Positions 26,699 to 38,896 of a DNA stretch of 64,000 nt are shown here, in pieces (position 1 is the first letter of the stretch; each line of letters begins with the position of its first letter). A model generated the notes under the pieces. It searched no databases, was not told the DNA's origin, and was given only the letters and a program-made list of their open reading frames with translations. This stretch comes from an uncultured Clostridia bacterium (GTDB lineage: Bacteria; Acidobacteriota; Aminicenantia; UBA2199): positions 9,975-73,974 of the forward strand of contig CAYXHZ010000003.1 in the NCBI GenBank assembly GCA_964465065.1, read 5' to 3'. The position numbers and the translations under genes were made by a program.

Positions 26699-28809
26699 CC
26701 ACGTCGCTGCGGTCGGGGGCGGGGAGCCGGCGGCCGGAAGCCCTCATCGCTGACTGCACGGCGGCTGACCCGGATGCGGTTGTCGCGGTCGACATCGATG
26801 ACCCGGACTTCCATGGAGTCGCCGATATTCAGATTCAGATCGCTGATATTGCGTACACGCTGGTCGGACAGTTCCGAGATATGGACCAGACCGGTGGCGC
26901 CACGAAAGAGTTCGACGAACACGCCGTACTCCTCGATGCGGCTGATTTTACCGGTGTACAGCTTGCCGATCTCGACGCCCTGGGTGATTTCCCGGATGCG
27001 TTCGATCACCTGCTGGGCCAGATCATGGGTGGCGGCGGCGATGGACACCTTGCCGTCGTCCTCGGTATTGATCTTGACATCGAAGGTGGCCACCAGTTCC
27101 TTGATGGTCTTGCCGCCGGGTCCGATCAGGTCCTTGATTTTCTCGCGGTTGATCTGGATGGTGGTGATGACCGGAGCGTATTCGGACAGTTCCTTGGCCG
27201 GTTCGCAGATGGCTTCGTGCATCTTGTCCAGGATGTGCAGTCTGGCCTGACGGGCCTGTTCCAGTGTGCTGTCGATGATGGCGTCGTTGAGACCGTCGAT
27301 TTTGATGTCCAGCTGTACGGCGGTGATGCCCCGACGGGTGCCGGCGACCTTGAAGTCCATATCGCCGAAATGGTCCTCGTAACCGGCGATATCGGTCAGC
27401 ACGACGAAATCGTCGCCTTCCTTGACCAGGCCCATGGCGATTCCGGAAACCGGAGCGCTCAGCGGGACACCGGCATTCATCAGCGCCAGCGAACCGCCGC
27501 AAACCGTGGCCATGGAGGAGGAGCCGTTGGATTCGAGGATGTCGGAAACGACCCGTACGGTGTAGGGAAATTCCTTGGCCTCGGGCATGACCTGGTACAG
27601 GGCTTTTTCGGCCAGATTGCCGTGACCGACTTCACGACGGCCGGTACCACGCAGGAAACTGACTTCACCGACCGAAAAAGGCGGGAAATTGTAGTGCAGC
27701 ATGAACCGTTTGTTCTCGCCGGACGGAGCCAGGTCGTCGAGCCGCTGGGCGTCGTCTTCCGAACCCAGGGTGATGGTGGCCAGGGCCTGGGTTTCACCGC
27801 GGGTGAAAACGGCCGAGCCGTGAACGCGGGGCAAAACCCCCAGCTCGATGGAGATGTCGCGGACCTGATCGAAGGCGCGACCGTCATTCCGTTTCTTCTC
27901 GCTGATCAGAGCGCGGCGGAAAACGGTGTATTCCAATTCGTGGATGGCCTTCTTGAGCAGCCAGAGTTTGGCGTCGTCGGTCTCATCGCCGATGATCTCC
28001 TTGGTGAGAGTCTTGATCTGTTCGGCCCGTTCCATCTTCTTGACGGTGTAGATGGCGTCGCGGTAGCGGTCGCCGAACTGCTCCAGCAGCTTGCCGACCA
28101 GTTCCTTGAGCTCCAGGTTGGGTTCGACCACCATCTTCTCGGGGTTGATGAATTCCTTCTGGGCCACACAGATGTCATGAATGATGCTTTTACCGTAGGC
28201 CAGCATATCCTTGAACTGGGCTTCGCTGAATTCGTTGCCGCCGGCTTCGATCATGACCACTTCCTTCTCGGTGCCGGCCACCTGAACCACCACGTCCATG
28301 TCCTTGAGCTTTTTCAGACCGGGGTTGATGATGTATTCACCATCCTTGAGGCCGAGCTTGACCGCGCCCACCGGGGTGTTGAAGGGAATGGTCGAGGTGA
28401 GCAGCGCCACCGAGGCGGCGATGATGCCCATGCTGTCGAAATCGGTGTCCAGGTCGGCGGAAAGCAGATTGGTGATGATCTGGGTTTCGTTGTAGAAGTT
28501 GTCGGGGAACAGCGGCCGGATCGGGCGGTCGATCAGACGGGACAGCAGGACTTCCCTTTCGGACGGCTTGCCTTCCCGTTTGAAGTAACCGCCGGGAATT
28601 TTACCGGCCGAATAGTTGTTTATGCGAAAATCGACCATCAACGGGAAGAAGTCCTGGTCGCCCTTGCCTTCATCCTTCATGTTGGCCGTAGCCATGACTA
28701 CGTTGTCGCCGTACTGTACCACGGCCGATCCATTGGACTGCTTGGCCCAACGACCGGTTTCGATAATGAGTGGTATCCCCCCCACTTCAAACTGCAAAGA
28801 TTTTTTCAT
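26695..28809 (-). CDS. pnp: Polyribonucleotide nucleotidyltransferase
   Basis: FFPLMVD, RLIDRPIRPLF, FTRGETQ, SNGSSSMATVCGG, DMDFKVAG, KH and S1 domains. Confidence 0.98.
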   Translation of the reverse strand: MKKSLQFEVGGIPLIIETGRWAKQSNGSAVVQYGDNVVMATANMKDEGKGDQDFFPLMVDFRINNYSAGKIPGGYFKREGKPSEREVLLSRLIDRPIRPLFPDNFYNETQIITNLLSADLDTDFDSMGIIAASVALLTSTIPFNTPVGAVKLGLKDGEYIINPGLKKLKDMDVVVQVAGTEKEVVMIEAGGNEFSEAQFKDMLAYGKSIIHDICVAQKEFINPEKMVVEPNLELKELVGKLLEQFGDRYRDAIYTVKKMERAEQIKTLTKEIIGDETDDAKLWLLKKAIHELEYTVFRRALISEKKRNDGRAFDQVRDISIELGVLPRVHGSAVFTRGETQALATITLGSEDDAQRLDDLAPSGENKRFMLHYNFPPFSVGEVSFLRGTGRREVGHGNLAEKALYQVMPEAKEFPYTVRVVSDILESNGSSSMATVCGGSLALMNAGVPLSAPVSGIAMGLVKEGDDFVVLTDIAGYEDHFGDMDFKVAGTRRGITAVQLDIKIDGLNDAIIDSTLEQARQARLHILDKMHEAICEPAKELSEYAPVITTIQINREKIKDLIGPGGKTIKELVATFDVKINTEDDGKVSIAAATHDLAQQVIERIREITQGVEIGKLYTGKISRIEEYGVFVELFRGATGLVHISELSDQRVRNISDLNLNIGDSMEVRVIDVDRDNRIRVSRRAVSDEGFRPPAPRPRPQRRG

Positions 28810-28925
28810 TTTGGTTTTTCTCCTCTGCCGCTGCTGGATCGCGATTCTACTAAAACGTGTTCTAGAGAACGACGTGAACGCGGCAGGCTATTTTTTTAAT
28901 TGATTGTACTGCTCAAAAATGTCTA

Positions 28926-29195
28926 CTACTTGCGCAGACCGAGATCCTTGATCAGGGTGGAATATCCCTGAAGATCGCTGCGCTTGAGATACTGCAGCAA
29001 GCGGCGCCGCCGGGCGACCATGATCAGCAGACCCCGTCGGGAATGATGATCCTTCTTGTGGACCTTGAAGTGCTCGGTCAGATATTTGATCCGTTCGGTC
29101 AGAACGGCCACCTGGACATGGGTCGATCCGGTATCGTTGCTATTGCGCTGGAATTTATTGATCAGCGTCTGCTTTTGTTCGCTCGTAATGCTCAC
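28926..29195 (-). CDS. rpsO: 30S ribosomal protein S15
   Basis: [13 protein letters not shown]...[12 protein letters not shown]; GTG start with AGGAGG SD. Confidence 0.98.
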   Translation of the reverse strand: MSITSEQKQTLINKFQRNSNDTGSTHVQVAVLTERIKYLTEHFKVHKKDHHSRRGLLIMVARRRRLLQYLKRSDLQGYSTLIKDLGLRK

Positions 29196-29221
29196 GCATT
29201 CCTCCTGACATATTTTTGGTT

Positions 29222-29250
29222 ATTCTATCAGATTTTTCATCGGCTGTAAA
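29222..29250 (-). promoter_or_regulatory. Sigma70 promoter for rpsO-pnp
   Basis: Minus strand TTTACA-N17-TAGAAT. Confidence 0.6.
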
Positions 29251-29407
29251 CCAATACATTTTTTTTGGGGGAATCCGGGCTGCCGGGAAGAGACCAATAG
29301 ATCCCGTTTCGCCCATGCTGGCCATGACTCCTATCCGGCGACTCCTCTATATATCTGACACTCTGATATACAATATCTATATAATATAATGACAGTTTTC
29401 AAAACCC

Positions 29408-29428
29408 TTTTGCAATTAATTTGCAAAA
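29408..29428. promoter_or_regulatory. Perfect dyad, possible operator upstream of gcvT
   Basis: TTTTGCAA-TTAAT-TTGCAAAA in the AT-rich divergent intergenic region. Confidence 0.4.
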
Positions 29429-29620
29429 ATCTTTTGTTTTGCCAAATTTTATTTGTTATTTTGCTATATTATAAAAATATTCAGCAATAAATGCTCGATA
29501 AACCCCTTACGGCATCCCTTGATTTTTCAAAAGGGCTGTGTTACCTTTGAGCTTACTGCGCAGCTCTCATATGACGGGATCTGCGTACATCCTGAAATCA
29601 CCAATGCTGGAGATTTAGAC

Positions 29621-30715
29621 ATGAAGAAAACAACCCTCAACAGCGCCCACCACAAGCTGGGCGGTAAAATGATCGATTTCACAGGCTGGGAGCTCCCGGT
29701 ACAGTACAGCGGAGTCAGCGAGGAGCACATGGCCGTCCGTACCTGCGGAGGCTTTTTCGACGTCAGTCACATGGGCGAAGTCTATTTCCGGGGTCCTGAC
29801 GCCCTGGCCGCCGTGCAGCACATCACCTCCAACAACGCCGCCAAGCTCACCCCGGGCAAAATTCAATATTCGGGGCTGATGACCGAAAGGGGCACCTTCG
29901 TCGACGACCTGCTGGTCTACATGATTTCCCCCAGCGAATACCTGCTGGTGGTCAACGCCGCCAACCGGGACAAGGACGTGTCTTACATGAAGAAAAACTG
30001 CGCCCGGTTCCAGACCGTCATCAGCGACGAGAGCGACGAGATCACCCAGATCGCCATCCAGGGTCCCTGCTCCGAGAAACTCCTGCAGCAGTTCACCAGG
30101 ACCCAACTGGCCCCCATCGGCTACTATTGCTTCGAAATGGGTCAGGTCGACGGCATCGACACCATCATCTCCCGCACCGGTTACACCGGCGAGGACGGTT
30201 TCGAAATCTACTTTCGCGCCCAGCCCGAACAGGCCTGCGCCCTGCTGTTCAAACTTCTCGAAGCCGGTAAGCCCATGGGCATGATCCCGGCCGGCCTGGG
30301 CGCCCGCGACTCCCTGCGTCTGGAAGCCTCGATGTCGCTCTACGGAAACGACATCGACGACCAGCACACCATCCTGGAAGCCAACCTGGGCTGGATCCTC
30401 AAGTTGCAGAAAGGCGATTTTATCGGCAAAGCCGCCCTGGAAAAACAGAAAGCGGAAGGCATCAAGCGCAAGCTGGTCGGCTTCGAAATGATCGAACGCG
30501 GCATCGCCCGCCACGGTTACCCGATTTTCGTGAACGGTCAGCCCTTCGGCACCGTCACCAGCGGCACGCAGCCACCATTTATCAAGAAAGCGATCGGCAT
30601 GGCCTACCTGCCCATCGAATACACCGAGGTCGGCAGCCGTTTCGAAGTCGAGATCCGTGACAAGCGGGTGGCGGCTCAGGTTGTCGCCATGCCGTTCTAC
30701 AAACGTGAGAAATAA
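29621..30715 (+). CDS. gcvT: Glycine cleavage system aminomethyltransferase T
   Basis: FDVSHMGE, LVVNAAN, SRTGYTGEDGFEI, GLGARDSLRLEA; start at ATG 29621 after GGAG. Confidence 0.98.
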   Translation: MKKTTLNSAHHKLGGKMIDFTGWELPVQYSGVSEEHMAVRTCGGFFDVSHMGEVYFRGPDALAAVQHITSNNAAKLTPGKIQYSGLMTERGTFVDDLLVYMISPSEYLLVVNAANRDKDVSYMKKNCARFQTVISDESDEITQIAIQGPCSEKLLQQFTRTQLAPIGYYCFEMGQVDGIDTIISRTGYTGEDGFEIYFRAQPEQACALLFKLLEAGKPMGMIPAGLGARDSLRLEASMSLYGNDIDDQHTILEANLGWILKLQKGDFIGKAALEKQKAEGIKRKLVGFEMIERGIARHGYPIFVNGQPFGTVTSGTQPPFIKKAIGMAYLPIEYTEVGSRFEVEIRDKRVAAQVVAMPFYKREK

Positions 30716-30755
30716 TTCCGGATTTTATCAATAACGAAAAGCAAGGAGGCAATCG

Positions 30756-31145
30756 ATGAATCTCAGCAATCTCAAATTCACCAAAGAACACGAGTGGGTC
30801 CGTGCGGAAGGACAGGAAGCTGTCATCGGTATCACCGATTACGCCCAGAAGGAATTGGGAGACGTGGTTTACGTCGAATTACCCGCCGAAGGTGAAAAAT
30901 TCAAGAAAGGCGACGCCTGCTCCAACATCGAGTCCGTCAAGGCGGTCAGCGACATCTATATCCCCATCTCCGGCGAGGTCATCGCCGTCAACAGCCAACT
31001 CGAGGACAAGCCCGAGCTCATCAACCAGTCCCCCTACCAGGACGGCTGGATTTTCCGCATCAAGATCGGCGATGCCCAGGAACTGAACGCCCTGCTCACC
31101 CCCCAACAGTACGAAGAATACCTCAAAGGCATATCCGAGGAGTAA
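30756..31145 (+). CDS. gcvH: Glycine cleavage system H protein
   Basis: KEHEWV, GITDYAQKELGDVVYV, lipoyl-lysine ESVKA. Confidence 0.98.
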   Translation: MNLSNLKFTKEHEWVRAEGQEAVIGITDYAQKELGDVVYVELPAEGEKFKKGDACSNIESVKAVSDIYIPISGEVIAVNSQLEDKPELINQSPYQDGWIFRIKIGDAQELNALLTPQQYEEYLKGISEE

Positions 31146-31147
31146 TC

Positions 31148-32493
31148 ATGCAGTATTTCCCATTAACCGATGCAGATCGGCGGGAAATGGCGGCATGTAT
31201 CGGCATCGGGGATGTCCGGGAACTCTTTTCGGACATTCCCGGCGATGCCGCATACTATGCCCTCGACGCATTACCCGAAAGCTTGCCGGAAAACCGCCTG
31301 ATCAAGCGCTTCGAGAAATGGGCCGATAAGAACCATTACGCCGAATATCTCAGCTTTCTCGGTGCCGGAGCCCACGACCATTTCATTCCCGAAGTGGTCA
31401 ACCAGCTCAGCATGCGGGGCGAATTCCTGACCCCCTACACGCCTTATCAGCCCGAAGTAAGCCAGGGCAGCCTGCAGGCCATGTTCGAATATCAGACCAT
31501 GATCTGCATGCTGACCGGCATGGATGTATCCAACTCCTCCCTTTACGATGGCGGTACCGCCGCTGCCGAAGCCTTGCTGATGATGACCCGCAAGAGCCGC
31601 AAGCACAAAGTCTTGGTTTCCGAGGCCCTGCACCCCGAATACCGTGAGATCATCCACACCGTCATCCAGAACCTGGATATCCAGGTACAGACGATCCCCG
31701 TCGACAGGCAGAGCGGTGTCACCAGTCTGGATGAACTGCGCAAGGCCATAGACGCCGACACGGCCGGAATGATTTTCCAGTCCCCCAATTTCTTCGGTGT
31801 AGTCGAAAACGGCAGGACCATCAGCGAACTATGCCAGGGTCAGAACATCCTGTGCACCCAGGTCGTCGCCGAAGCCATGTCGCTGCCGTTCCTGTCCACT
31901 CCAGGCGAAGCGGGTGTCGACATCTGCGTCGGTGAGGCCCAGAGTTTCGGTCTGCCCCTCAGTTTCGGCGGTCCTTACCTCGGCTTCATGGCCGTCAAGA
32001 ACGACTTTTTACGCCAGATGCCCGGTCGTCTTGTCGGCCAGACCGTGGACCAGCAGGGCCGACGCGGCTACGTGCTCACCCTGTCGACCCGCGAACAGCA
32101 CATCAAGCGCGAGAAAGCCACCTCCAACATCTGCTCCAACCAGGCCTGGTGCGCCCTGCGCGCCGGCATGTACCTGGCCACCATGGGCCGCAAGGGCCTG
32201 CAGGACATCGCCGAGCAGAACCACCGCAACGCCGCCTATTTCGTCTCCTCCGTCACCGGCCTCAGCCAGGTGGAGGTCGTCTACCCGCGCAATTTCTTCA
32301 ACGAGGTGCTGCTGCGTTTCAAGAAGACCAACGCCGCCGACGCTCAGGCCAAACTCCGTTCCGCCGGCATCCTGGCCGGACTGCCGCTGGGCTGGTTCTT
32401 CCCCGAACTCAACGATTGCGTCCTGCTCAGCTTTTCCGAATTGCATGACCGCAGCGATATCGACCGTCTGGTCGCTGCCCTGGGAGGTCTGTG

Positions 32494-32494
<1 letters not shown>
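31148..32494 (+). CDS. gcvPA: Glycine dehydrogenase subunit 1
   Basis: YTPYQPEVSQG, SLYDGGTA, GGPYLG, REQHIKREKATSNICSN. Confidence 0.97.
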
Positions 32495-33933
<1,439 letters not shown>

Positions 33934-33937
33934 ACGC

Positions 33938-34785
<848 letters not shown>

Positions 34786-34789
<4 letters not shown>

Positions 34790-36873
34790 GCACCTTCCTG
34801 TTCGAACTGGGCGTGGAAGAGATCCCCACCGCCGACATTCTCCCCCTGCAGACCCAGCTCAAAGAAGGTCTCTCCGCACGTCTCAAGGAAGCGCGGATCG
34901 CGCACGCCGCCATCGAATCCAGCGCCAGCAACCGGCGCATCATGCTCTACATCTCGGAAATCTCCATGAAGACCGAGGAAATACGTGAAGACCTGATCGG
35001 GCCCGCCAAACGGATCTCTTTCATGGAAAACGGCCAACCGGCCATCCCGCTGCAGAAGTTCATGGAGTTCAACAGCGCCGAACTGGACGACCTGCTGGAA
35101 ATCGACACCCCGAAAGGGGTGTACATGGGCATCCGGCGTATGGTTCCGGGCGAATTGACCAGTGAACTGTTGCCCGACATCCTGACCCAGCTGCTATCCT
35201 CTTTGACCTTTCGGAAAACCATGGTCTGGAACAGCTCCCGCGTGCCCTTCATCCGGCCGATCACCCACATTCTGGCCATGCTCGACCGTCAGCTCCTGCC
35301 GATATACTTTGCCGGCATCAACTCCAGCCTGACCACCCGGGGCCACCGCCTGCTTTCCGACGGCATGATGGTCGTCGAAAGCTTCGAAAACTACCTGGAG
35401 GAGCTCAACCGCAATTTCGTCATGCTCGACGCCGAAGACCGCCGCAACAAAATCGAGACCGAGCTCAAGGATTTCGAGGAAGAATACGAAACCAGGATCG
35501 ACATCCCGGCCCAGATGATGGACCACTACGTCTTTCAGAACGAATATCCGGTCGTTTTCAGCGGCCGTTTTCACAAGAAATACCTGGAACTGCCCCAGGA
35601 AATCATTTCCGCCTTCATGGTCAGCGAAAAAAAGCTGATTCCGGTCTACGACAAAGACGGTCAGCTCAAAAACGCCTTCATCGGAGTCAGCAACATCCCC
35701 GACGAGATCGGCAACGTGGCCAGCGGCAGCGAGCGTGTGATCACCGCCACCTTCGAAGACGCTCAGTTTTTCTGGGACAGCGACCGCAAAAGCGATTTTT
35801 TCTCGCTGCGAAACAAGCTGAACAGCCTCAATTTTCAGGAAGACCTGGGCGATTATCTGCAGAAATCGGAACGCCTGGCCATTCTGGCCGTCAGCCTGGC
35901 CGAAATGACCGGTCAGGACGCCTTCAAGGAAACCCTGATCAAGGCAGGACAGAACTGCAAGAACGACCTGCTGACCCAGATGGTGCGGGAATTCCCTTCC
36001 CTGCAGGGGGTGATGGGTGGTCTGTATCTCAAGGAAAGCGGAGCCGACGAAGCGCTCTGGAAATCTGTTTACAACCAGTACGAGCCCAAAGGCTTTCTGG
36101 ATTCGAGCCGGATGTGTCCCGAGGCGGTGCTGCTGTCCATGGCCGACAAGCTGGACAACATCTGCGGGCTGATCAGCAAGGGAGTAAAGGTCAGCAGCTC
36201 CAAGGATCCGTTCGGCATCCGCCGCGACGCCAGCGCCATCATCCGTCTGATCTACGACCACCGTCTGGATTTCGACATGTGGGATGCGGTCAGGCTGGGA
36301 ATATCCCTGTATAACAAGCTCGATGACGATTCCCAGTTTCTGGAACAGATCAAGAGCCTGTTCGTTTCCCGTTTGGAACAGATCCTCAAAGAGCAGCTGA
36401 ACATCCGCTACGACCTGGCCAACAGCCTGCTGGCTGTCTGCGATCCGCACCTGGCCGCCATTTTCATGCGCGCCGAACAGATCGAGCCGCTGCTGCGCAA
36501 CCAGGCCTGCATGGATTTGATCATCCTGCAGAAGAGGTTGAAGAATATAACCCATAAAAACCAGGGGATCGAGTTGAACCCCAAACTGTTCAAACATCCC
36601 CACGAAGAGATGCTTTTCGAGGTTTTCAACGAGACCGCCGCTCCGTTCGAAGCCTGTATCCTCGGCCATCGCTACGCCGAGGCCTGTTCGCTGATGCTGG
36701 AGATGAAACCGATCGTCGACAGCTATTTCGACGACATCCTGATCATGGATCCGGACCTGCTGGTCCGGGAGAACCGCCTCAGCCAACTGGCCCAGCTGGC
36801 GGCACGCATCGACCGGGTCATCGATTTTTCCCTGATCGTCGAACAGGACAATCCGCCTTCAGCCGCTGTCTGA
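34786..36873 (+). CDS. glyS: Glycine-tRNA ligase beta subunit
   Basis: FLFELGVEEIP, FIRPI, TRGHRL, EFPSLQGVMG, SSKDPFGIRR; overlaps glyQ. Confidence 0.96.
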
Positions 36874-36886
36874 ACCCATAGCGACC

Positions 36887-38263
36887 ATGTCCGCCAAAGC
36901 CGCCTCCAGTCATTTCGAATGCCTGGAGTGCGGCTTTCAGACCGCCAAATACTTCGGTAAATGCCCACAGTGCGGAGAATGGAACAGTCTGGTCGAAAGT
37001 CAGCCCCCCGGCCCGGGCCAGACTGCTGCGAACTCGACCCCCAACCATCCGGTCCTGCTTGCCCAAGTGGAGAACCAGAGTCAGACCCGCCTGTCCACCG
37101 GTATGGACGAATTCGACCGCGTTCTCGGCGGCGGTCTGATCCAGCAATCCCTGATCCTGATCGGCGGCGAACCGGGAGTCGGCAAATCCACCCTGCTCAT
37201 CGAGACCGCCGCCCACATGGCCAAACAGGGACCGGTTCTGTACGTCTCGGGCGAAGAATCGCCCAGCCAGATCAAGAGCCGCCTGGAACGGCTGCGCCTG
37301 GATCCCGGCAAGATCCATCTCCTGACCATGGCCAGCCTGGACGATGTCAAATCCGCCGTCGCCGAACTCAGGCCGCTCCTGTTGATCATCGATTCCATTC
37401 AGACCATCAGCGGCCGCGACAACCCCTGGAACAAAGGCTCGGTGGTCACCATGCGCCAGGTCACAGCCGAACTGATCGAACTGACCAAGCAATCCCGCCT
37501 GACCACCTTCATCGTCGGCCACATCACCAAGGAAGGTCAACTGGCCGGGCCCAAAACGCTCGAGCACATGGTCGACACCGTCCTCTACTTTCAGGGCGAT
37601 CCGCAATCGGACCTGCGCATCCTGCAGGCCGCCAAGAACCGTTTCGGATCGGTGAACGAGCTGGGGGTTTTCCAGATGTTCGAGGATGGGCTGAAATCGG
37701 TTCCGGACCCGTCCGGGCACTTCATCCACCAACGGCACAAGAGCGAGGCCGGCACGACGATATTCCCGGCCATCCAGGGTCAAAGGCCGCTGCTGATGGA
37801 GATCCAGGCCCTGGTCACCGAAAGCCCGCTGGGCGGAAATCCGCGCCGGAATTGCGTCGGTTACGACCCGGCCCGCCTGGCCATGCTGGTATCGATCATC
37901 GAAAAAAAGCTGCACATTCCCTACTACAAGCACGACATTTTTCTCAACATCACCAGCGGTCTGATGCTCAAGGAACCGGCCGCCGACCTGGCCGTGGCCG
38001 CAGTGCTGATCTCCAGTATCCTGGGCCAGCCCTTGCCCGCCAACCAGGTGCTGCTCGGCGAACTGGGACTGACCGGCGAGATCCGGCCGCTGACCTTTTT
38101 GGCCCGGCGCATATCCGAATGCCATCGCCACGGTTTTTCAACCATCATCATCCCCGCCTTCCAGTTGTCGGAACAGAAAACCGAAACCAAGAACATCCGT
38201 GGTATCGAACATATCCGCGAACTGCACCAGATCATCAAATCCAAAGACAAAAGCGCCGGCTGA
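36887..38263 (+). CDS. radA: DNA repair protein RadA/Sms
   Basis: C4 zinc finger (CLECG...CPQC), GEPGVGKST, KNRFG, Lon-like C-terminal domain. Confidence 0.98.
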   Translation: MSAKAASSHFECLECGFQTAKYFGKCPQCGEWNSLVESQPPGPGQTAANSTPNHPVLLAQVENQSQTRLSTGMDEFDRVLGGGLIQQSLILIGGEPGVGKSTLLIETAAHMAKQGPVLYVSGEESPSQIKSRLERLRLDPGKIHLLTMASLDDVKSAVAELRPLLLIIDSIQTISGRDNPWNKGSVVTMRQVTAELIELTKQSRLTTFIVGHITKEGQLAGPKTLEHMVDTVLYFQGDPQSDLRILQAAKNRFGSVNELGVFQMFEDGLKSVPDPSGHFIHQRHKSEAGTTIFPAIQGQRPLLMEIQALVTESPLGGNPRRNCVGYDPARLAMLVSIIEKKLHIPYYKHDIFLNITSGLMLKEPAADLAVAAVLISSILGQPLPANQVLLGELGLTGEIRPLTFLARRISECHRHGFSTIIIPAFQLSEQKTETKNIRGIEHIRELHQIIKSKDKSAG

Positions 38264-38269
38264 AGACGC

Positions 38270-38298
38270 TTGACTTCTCATTCTGATGGAGATAAACT
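38270..38298 (+). promoter_or_regulatory. Putative sigma70 promoter with no downstream ORF
   Basis: TTGACT-N17-TAAACT immediately after the radA stop. Confidence 0.55.
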
Positions 38299-38304
38299 CT
38301 GAAT

Positions 38305-38372
38305 CAACCACTGCTCCTAGCAGCAGTATGCCACAACATCACCGGCCCGCCACCCCCTCGGCGGGCCATTTT
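38305..38372 (+). ncRNA. Candidate ~70-nt small RNA (two hairpins)
   Basis: Lies between the promoter above and a terminator; internal hairpin ACTGCT-CCTAGC-AGCAGT (38310-38327). Confidence 0.35.
38344..38372 (+). terminator. Intrinsic terminator-like hairpin
   Basis: GGCCCGCC-N8-GGCGGGCC followed by ATTTT. Confidence 0.7.
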
Positions 38373-38396
38373 CCTCTTGCCTTTTGGGGGCTTTTG

Positions 38397-38420
38397 GGGG
38401 ACGGTGCGTCACGATGTCAC
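38397..38420 (+). repeat. Solitary copy of the RAYT-associated 24-bp repeat
   Basis: GGGGACGGTGCGTCACGATGTCAC; 22/24 identical to the reverse complement of 51265-51288. Confidence 0.85.
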
Positions 38421-38428
38421 TCGATACA

Positions 38429-38890
38429 TCATTTGAAATTGAGCCGATAGAAAATCTGCCTGCCGTCCCAGCGTTGCGAATAACTGGTAAAACCAAAGCT
38501 TTGGTATATTTTCTGAGAGGCGACGTTGCGCTCGTTCGTATCCAGACACATGGTCTTACAGCCGAGCTGCCTGGCCCGCTGAACGGCGAATTCGATCAGC
38601 TTTCGGCCATAACCGGTTTTGCGGCATCCAGGCTCAACATACAGATCCTCGATCGTGGCCTCGCTACCGGATGCCCACATGCTATGCCGGTAACGCTGCA
38701 GCACATACCCGATAGCCTGCCCGTCGCTTTCGGCGAGGTAGAATTCGGCATCCCCGGCTGCGAGCAGTTCCTGGATGCTGTGCAGGAGCATGGAATCGGC
38801 AGGAAGCGCCCGCTGCAGGTGGTTGCGAAACGCGACAGCCAATTCGGCGATGGCCTTGGCATCGCCTGCCGTGGCAATACGTATGTTCAT
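38429..38890 (-). CDS. GNAT-family N-acetyltransferase
   Basis: IEDLYVEPGCRKTGYGRKLI motif A, N...SQKIYQSFGF motif B. Confidence 0.92.
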   Translation of the reverse strand: MNIRIATAGDAKAIAELAVAFRNHLQRALPADSMLLHSIQELLAAGDAEFYLAESDGQAIGYVLQRYRHSMWASGSEATIEDLYVEPGCRKTGYGRKLIEFAVQRARQLGCKTMCLDTNERNVASQKIYQSFGFTSYSQRWDGRQIFYRLNFK

Positions 38891-38896
38891 GTCAGT

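Noticed and set aside
29160-29330. ~56-codon minus-strand ORF with AGGAG SD overlapping the rpsO start; tandem GACTCCT repeat
   Set aside because: Runs through a homopolymer tract and the rpsO promoter, has no recognisable protein features, and has no upstream promoter support
29251-29620. Glycine riboswitch upstream of gcvT
   Set aside because: Conserved GGAGA...CCGAAG...CTCTCAGG motifs not seen
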